This document shows positions 1 to 10,420 of a stretch of 35,636 nucleotides of DNA, piece after piece. Both the position numbers and the translations under genes were made by a program. The notes beneath the pieces were generated by a model that was not told the DNA's origin, did not search any database, and worked only from the letters and a program-made list of their open reading frames with translations. Position 1 is the first letter of the stretch. Each line of letters opens with the position of its first letter. The stretch is from Octopus sinensis. Its lineage: Eukaryota. The stretch lies in contig NW_021826254.1 in assembly GCF_006345805.1 (NCBI RefSeq), positions 1 through 35,636 of the forward strand, given 5' to 3'.

Positions 1-109
1 GATGGTTTCACGCGAACGTACGATGGCTATCAAAGGGGAACATGTTTGGACCGCTTTATGAACAACGAGAAGAAGTAGCAATATTTCTTTGTTGAATTAA
101 CTATTTTTA

Positions 110-509
110 ACTCTTTCACTTGTTTCAGTCATTTGACTGTGGCCATGCTGGAGCACCGCCTTTAGTCGAGCAAATCGACTAAAGCCCAGGACTTACTCTT
201 TGTAAGCCTAGTACTTATTCTATCGGTCTCTTTTGCCGAACCGCTAAGTTACGGGGACGTAAACACACCAGCATCGGTGGTCAAGCGATGTTGGGGGGAC
301 AAATACAAGACGCACAAACATACACACACACACATATACATATATACGACGGGCTTCTTTCTGTTTCCGTCTACCAAATCCATTCACAGAGCTTTGATCG
401 GCCCGAAACTATAGTAGAAGACACTTGCCCAAGGTGCCCCGCAGTGGGACTGAACCTAAAAACTATGTGGGTGGTAAGCAAGCAACTTACCACAGAGCCA
501 CTCCTACGC

Positions 510-510
<1 letters not shown>
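110..510 (-). mobile_element. OK-like tRNA-derived SINE, full length
   Basis: Minus strand: tRNA-like head (GGAGTGGCTCTGTGGTAAG...GGTTCAGTCCC), CACCTTGGGCAAGTGTCTT core, internal TA/TG microsatellite, tail ...GACTGAAACAAGTGAAAGAG. Homologous to copies at 3897, 10588, 22365 and 29711. Family name from recall. Confidence 0.9.
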
Positions 511-546
<36 letters not shown>

Positions 547-644
547 TTATATAAATAAGGATAAGATCGTTATTTAAAAAACCGATCATATCAAGTGGCC
601 AGCATGGGAATAAAAACCTTATAGGTGTTAATTATTATTAAAAC

Positions 645-675
<31 letters not shown>

Positions 676-964
676 ATACACATTAGAATAAATAGATAAT
701 GTGACCTCGTTTTTCTGTTTTTTAGATATCTAATTGGCACACCTGCTGACGACAAGGTGCAATAATTGCTGTGCCTGTAACACTTAGGGAGAGAGGAATA
801 CAGCTGTGATTTTGTCTCCAGACAATTACAGGATAATTCTCGATCCTTGAGAAAACTCCATTTCTGATTTAGAGTTATTAAATGCTGTGCCAGCCTCTCT
901 GGAATCGAATATAATTTCAATAAATTATTTAATATAGCATTATTCGACGTTATCACGCGCTCTT

Positions 965-1018
965 GCGTGTATGTGTGTGTGTGTCTGTGCGTGTGCGTGC
1001 GTGTGTGTGTGCGTGTGC

Positions 1019-1059
<41 letters not shown>

Positions 1060-1121
1060 GTGTGTGTGTGTGTGTGTGTGTGCGTGAGTGTGTGTGTTGT
1101 GTGTGTGTGTGTGTGTGTGTG
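965..1121. repeat. (TG)n compound microsatellite
   Basis: Direct reading; source of the HT/CV-repeat ORFs. Confidence 0.97.
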
Positions 1122-1371
1122 AATAGATATACAAGAATATGTTTGTATATATATGCACACCTGTGTGAATGCCTATACAGCTATACTGCTATGGCGCGCA
1201 TCCGCAGATGGTGGTTAACAGAACGGCCAATCAATCGCTATAGATTCTACCATTGACATTTGTTCCCGATGTGCTGTGCAGAGGAATTAAATCTGGAAAA
1301 TACGTGGATACGAAGCGAACTTCTGAACTACCGTTTTAAATTTATTTCTATAATAGTCCATAATTTTAGCA

Positions 1372-2300
1372 CCAGGGCAGCAGGTTTCTGGTACTTATTT
1401 TACCGGCCCTGATAAAAACGAAAGTAAAGTCGAACACGGCTTAGTTTGAATTTAGAATGTATAATCGGAAGAAATTCCACTAAGCGATTTCCCCGTCGTT
1501 TTGACTATTATGTCAGCTTCCCGATTTACCATAATGATAATTCTTTCTGTTATCGGCACAAGGCCTGAAATTTTTGAAAGGAGCCTATCCGATTAGATCC
1601 AGCACTCAGCTGGTACTTATGGCGTGCTAATGATTCTACCAGCTCGCCGACTTTACTGTAATAAAAATAATAATGGTTTCAAATTTTGGCTCACAAGGCC
1701 TCACATCGACCCAGGACTCAACTGGTACTTATTTTATCGATCCAGAAAGGATGAAAGTCAAAGTCGACCTCGGCAGAATTTGTAGGCAGAACGTTACGGC
1801 GGACGATATACCGCTAAGTGTTTTAATCGGCATGCTAACAATTCTGCCAGCTCACCGCCTTCAGTAGAATAATATTTTCTATTAAAGGTACAAGGCCTGA
1901 AATTTTAGGGGTGGGGACTTATTGAGTACATCGACCCCTGTGTTTCACTGGTATTTAATTTATTGACCTCGATTAGATTAAAGGCAAAGTCGGCCTCGGC
2001 GTAATTTGAACTCAGAACGTAAAGACGGATGAAATACCACTAAGCATTTCGTCCAGCGTGCAAACGTTTCTGCCAGCTCACCGTCTTCATAATGATTATA
2101 ATAATGGTTTCAGATATTGTTTCAAGGGTAGCCATTTTGGAGTAGGGGATGAGTCGGCCCCAGTGTTCAAATGGTAAATATCTTATCGACCCCGAAAGAA
2201 TGAAAAGCAAAGTCGGCTGAATTTGAACTCAGAATGTAGCAACGGGCGAAATACCGCGAAGCATTTTGTCCAGTGTGCTAACGACTGTCAGCTCGCCGTC
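1372..2300 (-). mobile_element. Stack of about five diverged Deu/Nin-domain SINE copies (short S-type tail), all minus strand
   Basis: Copies at about 1372-1515, 1543-1650, 1672-1860, 1872-2085 and 2104-2300. The three 3'-most copies on the + strand show the head CTGCCAGCTC(A/G)CCG and GAAAGGATGAAAG.CAAAGTCG; the first is heavily diverged and the second internally deleted. Separated by short ATAAT spacers. Confidence 0.85.
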
Positions 2301-2304
2301 TTGA

Positions 2305-2305
2305 T

Positions 2306-2393
<88 letters not shown>

Positions 2394-2528
2394 TAATAAT
2401 GATAATAATACACAACAAATCACAGCACATACCCAAGGCACACAGAGCTGCGCTCGGTAGTGAAGTGAAAGCACGCTAAAAAAAATAAAACTAAAGAAAT
2501 AATAATAATAATAATAATAATAACAATG

Positions 2529-2577
<49 letters not shown>

Positions 2578-2592
2578 TGATGATGATGATTA
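2305..2592. repeat. (AAT)n then (GAT)n microsatellite, interrupted at about 2410-2495
   Basis: Direct reading. Confidence 0.97.
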
Positions 2593-2711
2593 TCCGTTCT
2601 ACTAAAAGCACAAGGTCTGAAATTTGTTGGGAGGAGACCAATCGATTACATACATTGACTCCAGTACTCGATTGGTATAATAATAGTAATTATTATTATT
2701 ACTAATAATAC

Positions 2712-3870
2712 TGGTTTCCCTGCCAGGACCATTTGCACAACACCCAGAACAACAAGTGGTGTCCTACGTATCCTGGAAACCAAGTTTCCCCAACTCTGAA
2801 GGTCTTTGGGTGTGTCTCCAGTGATGTTGGCGTCACACCGTCTCAAATCTTTGGACTGGGTCTCAGGGTTAATTAAGACAGCTGTGTGAAGCTGATGGAG
2901 ACTGTGGTCAATCTCTGGCTGGTGACGATTGCTGCTGGAAAGCCGTGGATGTGGCAGAAGGATTCGGTTCCGTGACGTAACCCCGGAAAGAATCAGAAAT
3001 TGCTGTCGGAGTATTACTACGACTCCACCAGCCCCACTTTGTGGCCTCCTGATTTCTCTAGTTGTTATCACATGGATTATTATGAATGGGGCGAAGGCGG
3101 CGAGCTGGCAGAAACGTTAACACGCCGGGCGAAATGCGTTGCCGTATTTCGTCTGCCGTTACGTTCTGAGTTCAAATTCCGCCGAGGTCGACTTTGCCTT
3201 TCATCCTTTCGGGGTCGATAAATTAAGTACCAGTTACGCACTGGGGTCGATGTAATCGACTTAATCCCTTTGTCTGTCTTTGTTTGTCCCTTCTGTGTTT
3301 AACCCCTTGTGGGTAGTAAAGAAATACGTATTTCGTCTGCCGTTACGTTCTGAGTTCAAATTCTGCTGAGGTCGACTTTGCCTTTCATCCTTTCGGGGTC
3401 GATAAATTAAGTACCAGTTACGCACTGGGGTCTATGTAATCGACTTAATCCCTTTGTCTGTCCTTGTTTGTCCCTTCTGTGTTTAGCCCCTTGTGGGTAG
3501 TAAAGAAATACGTATTTCGTCTGCCGTTAAGTTCTGAGTTCAAATTCCGCTGAGGTCGACTTTGCCTTTCATCCTTTCGGGGTCGATAAATTAAGTACCA
3601 GTTACGCACTGGGGTCGATGTAATCGACTTAATCCCTTTGTCTGTCCTAGTTTGTCCCCTCTGTGTTTAGTCCCTTGTGGGTAGTAATTAAAATATATTA
3701 TGAATGGGACGCAGTTGAGAAAGACACCAACTACTTTATCTGCAAAACCAGGGCCGAACTGGTGGCCAAGATCGAAGAGGGGTTCGAAAACCTCAGAAAC
3801 CCAGCGAGGTACGCATGCACCAGGTTCTGGAGCCGTCTTAAGGTCATTGCGGAAGTTATCTCCCAGCCAT
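2712..3870 (+). pseudogene. Tc1/mariner-superfamily DD37D (maT-type) transposase relic, split by a SINE trimer
   Basis: Hand translation: CQDHLHNTQNNKW...VFGCVSSD...LRVN*...KLMETVVNLW...PWMWQKDSVP*...LWPPDFSSCYHMDYYEW | DAVEKDTN...RAELVAKIEEGFENL...ACTRFWSRL. There are 37 residues between the QKD and MDY aspartates. Stops and frameshifts present. Confidence 0.85.
3096..3695 (+). mobile_element. Deu/Nin-domain SINE, long (L) tail: one head plus three 184-bp bodies
   Basis: Head GGCGGCGAGCTGGCAGAAACG (A box) and GAGTTCAAATTCC (B box). Bodies start at 3144, 3328 and 3512. 13-bp TSD TATTATGAATGGG at 3078-3090 and 3696-3708. GCCTTTCATCCTTTCGGGGTCGATAAATTAAGTACCAG matches the Deu/Nin domain as I recall it. 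Confidence 0.92.
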
Positions 3871-3896
3871 AATCCAATTCTTTCTTTTTTTTTCTT

Positions 3897-4303
3897 TCTT
3901 TATCTTTTTACTTGTTTCAGTCATTTTGACTGCGGCCATGCTGGAGCACCGCCTTTAATCGAGCAACTCGACCCCGGGACTTATTCTTTTGTAAACCCAG
4001 TACTTATTCTATCGGTCTCTTTTGCCGAACCGCTAAGTGACGGGACATAAACACACCAGCATCAATTGTCAAGCAATGCTGGGGGACAAACACAGACACA
4101 CAAACATACACGCACACACGCATATATATATACATATATACGATGGACTTCTTTCAGTTTCCGTCTACCAAATCCACTCACAAGGCTTTGGTCGGCCCGA
4201 GGCTATAGTAGAAGACACTTGCCCAAGGTGCCACGCAGTGGGACTGAACCCGGAACCATGTGGTTGGTAAACAAGCTACTTACCACACAGCCACTCCTGC
4301 GCC
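3897..4303 (-). mobile_element. OK-like SINE, full length
   Basis: Near-identical to the copies at 10588 and 22365. Confidence 0.92.
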
Positions 4304-4896
4304 TATTTTATTTTTTAAATACTTTTATTTCTTAATGGGATGTTGCTTCTTTTTTATTTTCCTTTTATGCAAACTGTCAAATTTATCCCTAACACCCTGT
4401 ATACATTTAAGGTGCAGTACAGGATCACCACTTCTGACTTAAATTATATTTTATTCTCTCCACCAACGAGAAACGGAATCAAAGTTCAACACGTCGAGAT
4501 TTGATCTCAGATTGTAAGGATCCATCACACAGCTCGGTAGCAGCTTTGCCCAACCCATCGTCGCAGTGCTTCGGTATGTAATAGTGTTTTCCTTACATGT
4601 GTTTACTTAATGTTACAAGTGAAGATAACCGTATCTAATGAGAATAACAACGACAATACTTACAGGCATAACTGAGAAGGTGTCTAATCTAGACACATCT
4701 CTCACACATTTCATGGGAGAGGTGTTGTCGTACAAATTTCTATGTTCAAGCGTTCATAAACATATAAAAACTGTGTTATACAGACACATAGCTCACCTAT
4801 ACTTTATATGCACACACATACAGATATGTATGAGCTTACATCATTTATGAGTATGTGTGCGAGCGTGTGTGTGTGTGGTTAGAAACACTGTCAACA

Positions 4897-4928
<32 letters not shown>

Positions 4929-4950
4929 GATATATATATATATATATATA

Positions 4951-5180
4951 ATAAAATATTAGGGAATAAATCCAAACTTACAGGGAAAAATCAGATTTAG
5001 GATTGAATCCAATTTTATAGTAAAATATTATATTATATTAAATTAGAGATAAAACCACTATTAGGCAAATCATACAATGAAAAACTTAAGCCAATACATA
5101 AGATTAATTAATTTATATTATTTAAATATATATCAAAATTATTAAAAAAGATAATTAATATAACACTACGATCGTTTCAG
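4951..5180 (-). mobile_element. AT-rich element embedded in (TA)n, carrying the 3' half of a hammerhead; probable Penelope-like (PLE) remnant
   Basis: Flanked by (TA)n on both sides. The minus strand starts GAAACGATCGTA-GTGTT, the same GAAA + palindromic stem III + UA as the hammerhead at 7763. Confidence 0.45.
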
Positions 5181-5206
5181 TATATATATATATATATATA
5201 TATATA

Positions 5207-5371
5207 CTGGCGAAGGCGTAGCTTTGCGGCAAGAAGTTTGCTCCCCAACCACATGGTATCAGGTTTAGTTTGGGCAAAATATTTACAGTAGCTCCAATCC
5301 GACCAAAACCTTATAAGTTGATTTCTTAGACAGAAACTGAAAGAAGCCTGTCGTATATATATACATGTATG

Positions 5372-5405
<34 letters not shown>

Positions 5406-5578
5406 TGTATGTATGTATGTATGTGTGTATGTGTGTATGTGTGTATGTATGTGTGTGTGTCTGTATATGCGTATGTATGCATGTATATACATATATATAT
5501 ATATATATATAGATATATAAATGTATATATACGTATACATATATGTATGTATGTATATGAGTGAGTATATATCTATGT

Positions 5579-5615
<37 letters not shown>

Positions 5616-5712
5616 TTAAGTACCAGGCTTTTAAAGATAAGTACTGGATCGATACTTTCGACTAAGAGTTCTTTAAGGTGATATCCCAGCATAGACTGAA
5701 ACAAATAAAAAG
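5207..5712 (+). mobile_element. Old OK-like SINE with an expanded internal microsatellite
   Basis: Diverged head 5207-5350 (...GAAACTGAAAGAAGCCTGTCG), about 260 bp of TATG/TG repeats, tail remnant ...CCCAGCATAGACTGAAACAAATAAAAG. Confidence 0.75.
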
Positions 5713-5829
5713 TGCATATATTTACAAATATATATTTATATTTACATATTTGCTAATTGCTGGCAAGGGCACAGTATTTCGTTTTGCAACGAATGTTAAA
5801 CGTTTACAAGTGAATAGTGTGCCTTTCTT

Positions 5830-6841
5830 TTGTGTTAGCAGTGCGATATTCTCAGTTTAAAATTCCTCCCTACATATTTTCTATAAAATTCAGAGCCAGT
5901 GTGTATGAGTGGATCGAGAAATTTGAAAACAACTGGACAAACGCGAAGCACGAAGAGCAGGACATAAACCTCCATCACTAATGTGAAAGTTCAACAGGTT
6001 CGAAAAATGTTTCTAGTGAACCGACAAGTGATCATCGATGAGATGGCAAGTTTTCTGCAAATTAGACACGTTTCTGCGTACGAAATCATTTACAAGCCTC
6101 GCTTCTTCAAAGTGTATGTGAGATGGGTGCCATGAAAGGCTACGGAAGCGCATAAGCACGATCGTGTGGGTATTTGCGAATGTTTACTCGATCGCTACAA
6201 CGATGAATGCGAATATTTTGGGGAGAATAGTCACGCGAGAAGAGACCTAGTTCCGTCATCTTGAGCCAGAATCCAAAAGGCAGAGTACGGAGTGGAAATA
6301 CCTGGAATCACCAACAAAAGGGAAATTCAAGACAATATTCCGCAGAAAACGTGATAATAAACGTTTCTTGGGACGCAAAGGGGCCTATAGTGGAACATTA
6401 CCTGGAAAACGGGTGAAATACGGTGAAATACTCGCCATCAAACTGAAACCAGCAGTTCACACCAAACACCAATGTCTATTGTTAAAGCAAGTGTTATCGT
6501 TGCACGACAATGTACGTCCACATACGACCGCCCACACCGTTGAAACCATTGTAAAATTGTGTTTCGAGTTTATAGTTCAGATTTTGTCCCTCCCGACTAT
6601 TACGTATTTTGACTGCTCAGACATCCTTTCCGATGTCGTCAATTTACTACGGAGTGAGAAGCGAAGGAAGTCGTGTGAAAATGGCTGCAAAGACCTTCTT
6701 CTAACACGGTATAAGTAAGCCTGTGGACCACTTGACGACATGCATTGAAAAGAAAGAAGATTATGTCGAAAATGATGTAATTGGTCAACGCCTGCTTTGG
6801 TTTTCGCAAATTATAGAAACAAGAGTGCGTACAATTTTTGA

Positions 6842-6848
<7 letters not shown>
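5830..6848 (+). pseudogene. mariner (DD34D) transposase relic with part of the right terminal inverted repeat
   Basis: VYEWIEKF...KVYVRWVP*...RIVTREET*...EPESKRQSTEWK...LHDNVRPHTTAHTVET...YSSDFVPPDYYVF...CIEKKEDYVE, then GTGCGTACAATTTTTGACTCAC. Confidence 0.9.

Positions 6849-6897
<49 letters not shown>
6843..6897. repeat. (CA)n microsatellite
   Basis: Direct reading; abuts the mariner terminus. Confidence 0.97.
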
Positions 6898-6900
<3 letters not shown>

Positions 6901-7290
6901 TGTTTAAGAATATATTTACATACATGTATGTATGTAAATACATACATGCATTTACATACAAGAATTGAAAGGAAGCAACGCTTCTTTGGTCGTAACTGAT
7001 ATATTTAATCAATATAATATATCCCTTCATTATGAATAACATAATCCCATCTATTCGGCAAACTGTTGATTCCTCAGGCATAAAATTCCTCAGGTTGCGA
7101 TGCAAAGAAACATTCAATAATCATATTTAACCACTTCACAATTACTGAACCGTATTCCATGCAAATAATGTCTTATCAGAATCATGAAAACAACCTTGCT
7201 GAAGCCTTTATAAGAACCAAAAGGAATTCAAGGTGAAGTCGAACAGGTTGAAACTACGAACTCACTACTTCCATGTAATGGTTTTCTGCA

Positions 7291-7338
<48 letters not shown>

Positions 7339-7478
7339 ATATATTAACAATTGAGGATAAAATCTTTAAAAGAAATTATCAGTAGTCAGCGTGAAAAACT
7401 TCGTAAGAGAAAAAATCCGTAAATTCTTCCTCTTTGAAAATATTCATTTATATTTATATTATATTGAGGGTACTACTA

Positions 7479-7702
7479 TTCATAGATACCAACACGCTAA
7501 GAGGGACCAATGCGATCAAAACTACTAAAAACTACTAAAAATAAACAAAATTTTACCGAATGCAAAACTTCAAAACACATAATTTTAAAAAAGAATTCTT
7601 TTTTAAAATGATGTGTTTTGAAGTTTTGCATTCGGTAAAATTTTGTTTATTTTTAGTAGTTTTGACCGCATTGGTCCCTCTTAGCGTATTGGTATCTATG
7701 AA
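7479..7702. repeat. Near-perfect 224-bp palindrome (foldback/MITE-like)
   Basis: Arms TTCATAGATACCAACACGCTAAGAGGGACC... and ...GGTCCCTCTTAGCGTATTGGTATCTATGAA, centred on GAATTC (7593-7598). The left arm has a 10-bp duplication. Confidence 0.9.
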
Positions 7703-7727
7703 AAAAAATATATATATATATATATAT

Positions 7728-7992
7728 AATCAAAATAAGCAACAAGAATAACTTTGGTAATTTGGTACGATCGTTTCGCACTACATCATTTTATTAAATG
7801 TTGTAAGCATTACAACAGTTTTAAAATGCTGAGCACTCATCAGCCATTAATAGAGGTTTTCCATTAATACATAATTTTCATATCAAGTGATAATATAATC
7901 ACCCCATGGATTTATATGGATAACATCATTTACAATTCTGGTGCATCTAACTTAAGTACCATATTCATTTGAATCTAAATTTTGCTGAACTG
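7728..7992 (-). mobile_element. (TA)n-embedded non-autonomous element with a hammerhead (PLE/retrozyme-like)
   Basis: Flanked by (TA)n, contains the hammerhead below, and shares TCTGGTGCATCTAA.TTAAGTACC, AATCACCCCA and AGCAACAAGAAT with 28792-28955. Confidence 0.65.
7763..7846 (-). ncRNA. Type I hammerhead ribozyme, core intact
   Basis: Minus strand: UGG-CUGAUGA-[~59-nt stem II hairpin, G...C closing pair]-GAAA-CGAUCG-UA^CCA. Stem I is UGG/CCA; predicted cleavage between 7766 and 7765. Confidence 0.75.
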
Positions 7993-8063
7993 ATATATAT
8001 ATATATATATAATATATATATATATCAGTTGTATGTGGCAAAGTAATTTATTTTACTAAGCCC

Positions 8064-8148
<85 letters not shown>

Positions 8149-9062
8149 ATGGAAAAAAGTCAAGGTAGAAAATGGTAAAATAATTTTATAAAAAAAAATT
8201 CAGTACCGGTTTCAGTCATTGAGACTTTTTCAACTGTGAGTATGGAAGTTTTTTTTAGAAGAATATTTGCATAGTGTTCAAATATAAGGGATATTTTCCT
8301 TGTTTCTGCCTGTTTCTGTCTCTCTTGTTTACTTTTGTGGGTTCCACAATAATTTCTCCAGGAACTAAACAAAATATCATTTAAATTGCTCTAGAGTGGA
8401 AAACCGGATAAAATTAAGAGAGTGGTGGCTTGTAAGCCTGTTAAAAAAGGTGGACTTGGTATGGTCGAAGCTTTTGCTTACGCCAGCTCTTTAAAACTAT
8501 CCTGGACGAGAACGTTGCTGGACATTCACAACGAATCCAAATGGAAACACTTATGCTACGCCTCCTCCACAAAACTGAAAAATTTAGTTGTATTTGGAAA
8601 CGTTTTCCCGAGCAAACTCGCTAACACTATCAGGAAGGATTTTGGGCATGATCGTATTTCTGCCTTTGACAAGTTTACAAATACGAAGGAGCCTAATTCA
8701 TTTGACAGAACCAATTCCCTTTAATAAACATTTAAGGTTCGGGAAAGAGGTAATCTTCATTCCTGCGTGGTTTGAGAGAGGTGTTAGCAAGAATCGTGAC
8801 TTTATCAGTTTAGATGGATCTTACCGTCCCCTGGAAGAATTCCAGAATTTTTAAAAAACATATACAAATTTTCTCCAGTATAATGGGCGACTAAAAGCTA
8901 CCAAACAGAGTTAAAGATACGCAAATCTACTGCTTTCCAACATTTAGAGGATAATACCGCAATCCGAAAGCTCATGTCTGTTAGGAAAGGAGCCAAACGA
9001 TACTACTCTGTTTTAAACAATGTTGAGACTTACTTAATATTGAAACACAAATGGGAAGAATG

Positions 9063-9692
9063 GGATCTTTTCCTTTTGAGCGGCAGATGTCAACACAATT
9101 TCTAATTAACTAAACACTTTTAACTTCGTATACTGGTAGAATGTGTTTATAAAATATCATTTTCTCTTGGTTTTATTGAGAAAATTTTATAGTTTGTAAG
9201 ATATTTCGTCTGAAAATCCGAGCATTTCGGCAATTTTAACCAATCGATTACCTCCATTCAACTAAAATCATTTGCTGCGTCTAAAACTGAGACAACATCC
9301 TGTAACTAACCCTAAACCTCCCCCCTACCCTAACCCTAAATTTTTTTTCTTAATTGTTAAATTAATTCAATTCCATTGCTTTAGCTTTTTTACACGCGTA
9401 ACAATTAAATTAATTTAACAATTAAGAAAAAAAATGTTGGGTTAGCGGGGAGGTTTAGGGTTAGTTACAGGATGTTGTCTCAGTTTTAGACGCAGCAAAG
9501 GATTTTAGCTCAAAAGAGAGCATAGGATTGGTTAAAATTCGAAAAATTAAACTACGTTAAAAAAAAACAAATTACAATTTTCTCAAGAAAGCCAAGAGAG
9601 AAATATTTTATTTTGACATATTCTACCAGTATACGAAGTTTTAAAGTATTTAGTTAACTAGAAATTGTCTGCCGTTCAAAAGGAAAAGATCC
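9063..9692. mobile_element. Foldback non-autonomous DNA transposon with long inverted arms and internal telomere-like CCCTAA
   Basis: Ends GGATCTTTTCCTTTTGAGCGGCAG / CTGCCGTTCAAAAGGAAAAGATCC; arms complementary over most of the length. 8-bp TSD GAAGAATG at 9055-9062 and 9693-9700. Confidence 0.9.
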
Positions 9693-9996
9693 GAAGAATG
9701 TATGCTTGCTAAAGACAACAATAGATACTAAATTACGATGGTTCCAGTTTAGAACTAAACACAATATTTTAGCAACTAATTCTCTGTTATTCAAGATTAA
9801 ACTGACCGAAAGCAACTTGTGCACTTTTTGTCAATGGGAGGTGGAGACGGTGTCACACCTTTTCTGGTATTGTGAATGTGTACAGGCCTTCTGGTAACGC
9901 TTCTTAGATTTGCTGCATGAAAAGTGCATACATGTTCGCAACATGAAACTTGACTCACAGCTCATTCTATTCGGACTGAGAAAAAGCATGTATACC

Positions 9997-10420
9997 CATT
10001 TATTTACTACCCACAAGGGGCTAAACACAGAGAGGACAAACGGATTAAGTCGATTATATCGACCCCAGTGCGTAACTGGTACTTATTTAATCGACCCCGA
10101 AAGGATGAAAGGCAAAGTCGACCTCGGCGGAATTTGAACTCAGAACGTACATTTCACCCGGCGTGCTAACGCTCATGTCAGCTCACCGCCCTAGAAAAAG
10201 CATATATACCTATTTCTTTACTACCCACAAGGGGCTAAACACAGAAGGGACAAACAAGGACAGACAAACGGATTAAGTCAATTATATCAACCCCAGTGCT
10301 TAACTGGTACTTATTTAATCGACCCCGAGGGGATGAAAGGCAAAGTCGACCTCGGCGGAATTTGAACTCAGAACGTACATTTCGCCCGGCGTGCTAACGC
10401 TTCTGCCAGCTCACCGCCTT
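9997..10420 (-). mobile_element. Two L-tail Deu SINE copies separated and flanked by three copies of an 18-bp TSD
   Basis: AGAAAAAGCAT(A/G)TATACC at 9979-9996, 10193-10210 and 10421-10438. Both copies share the same head deletion. Confidence 0.9.

Noticed and set aside
3144-3695. Regular repeats suggesting a CRISPR-like array
   Set aside because: 184-bp SINE bodies with no unique spacers, in a eukaryotic context.
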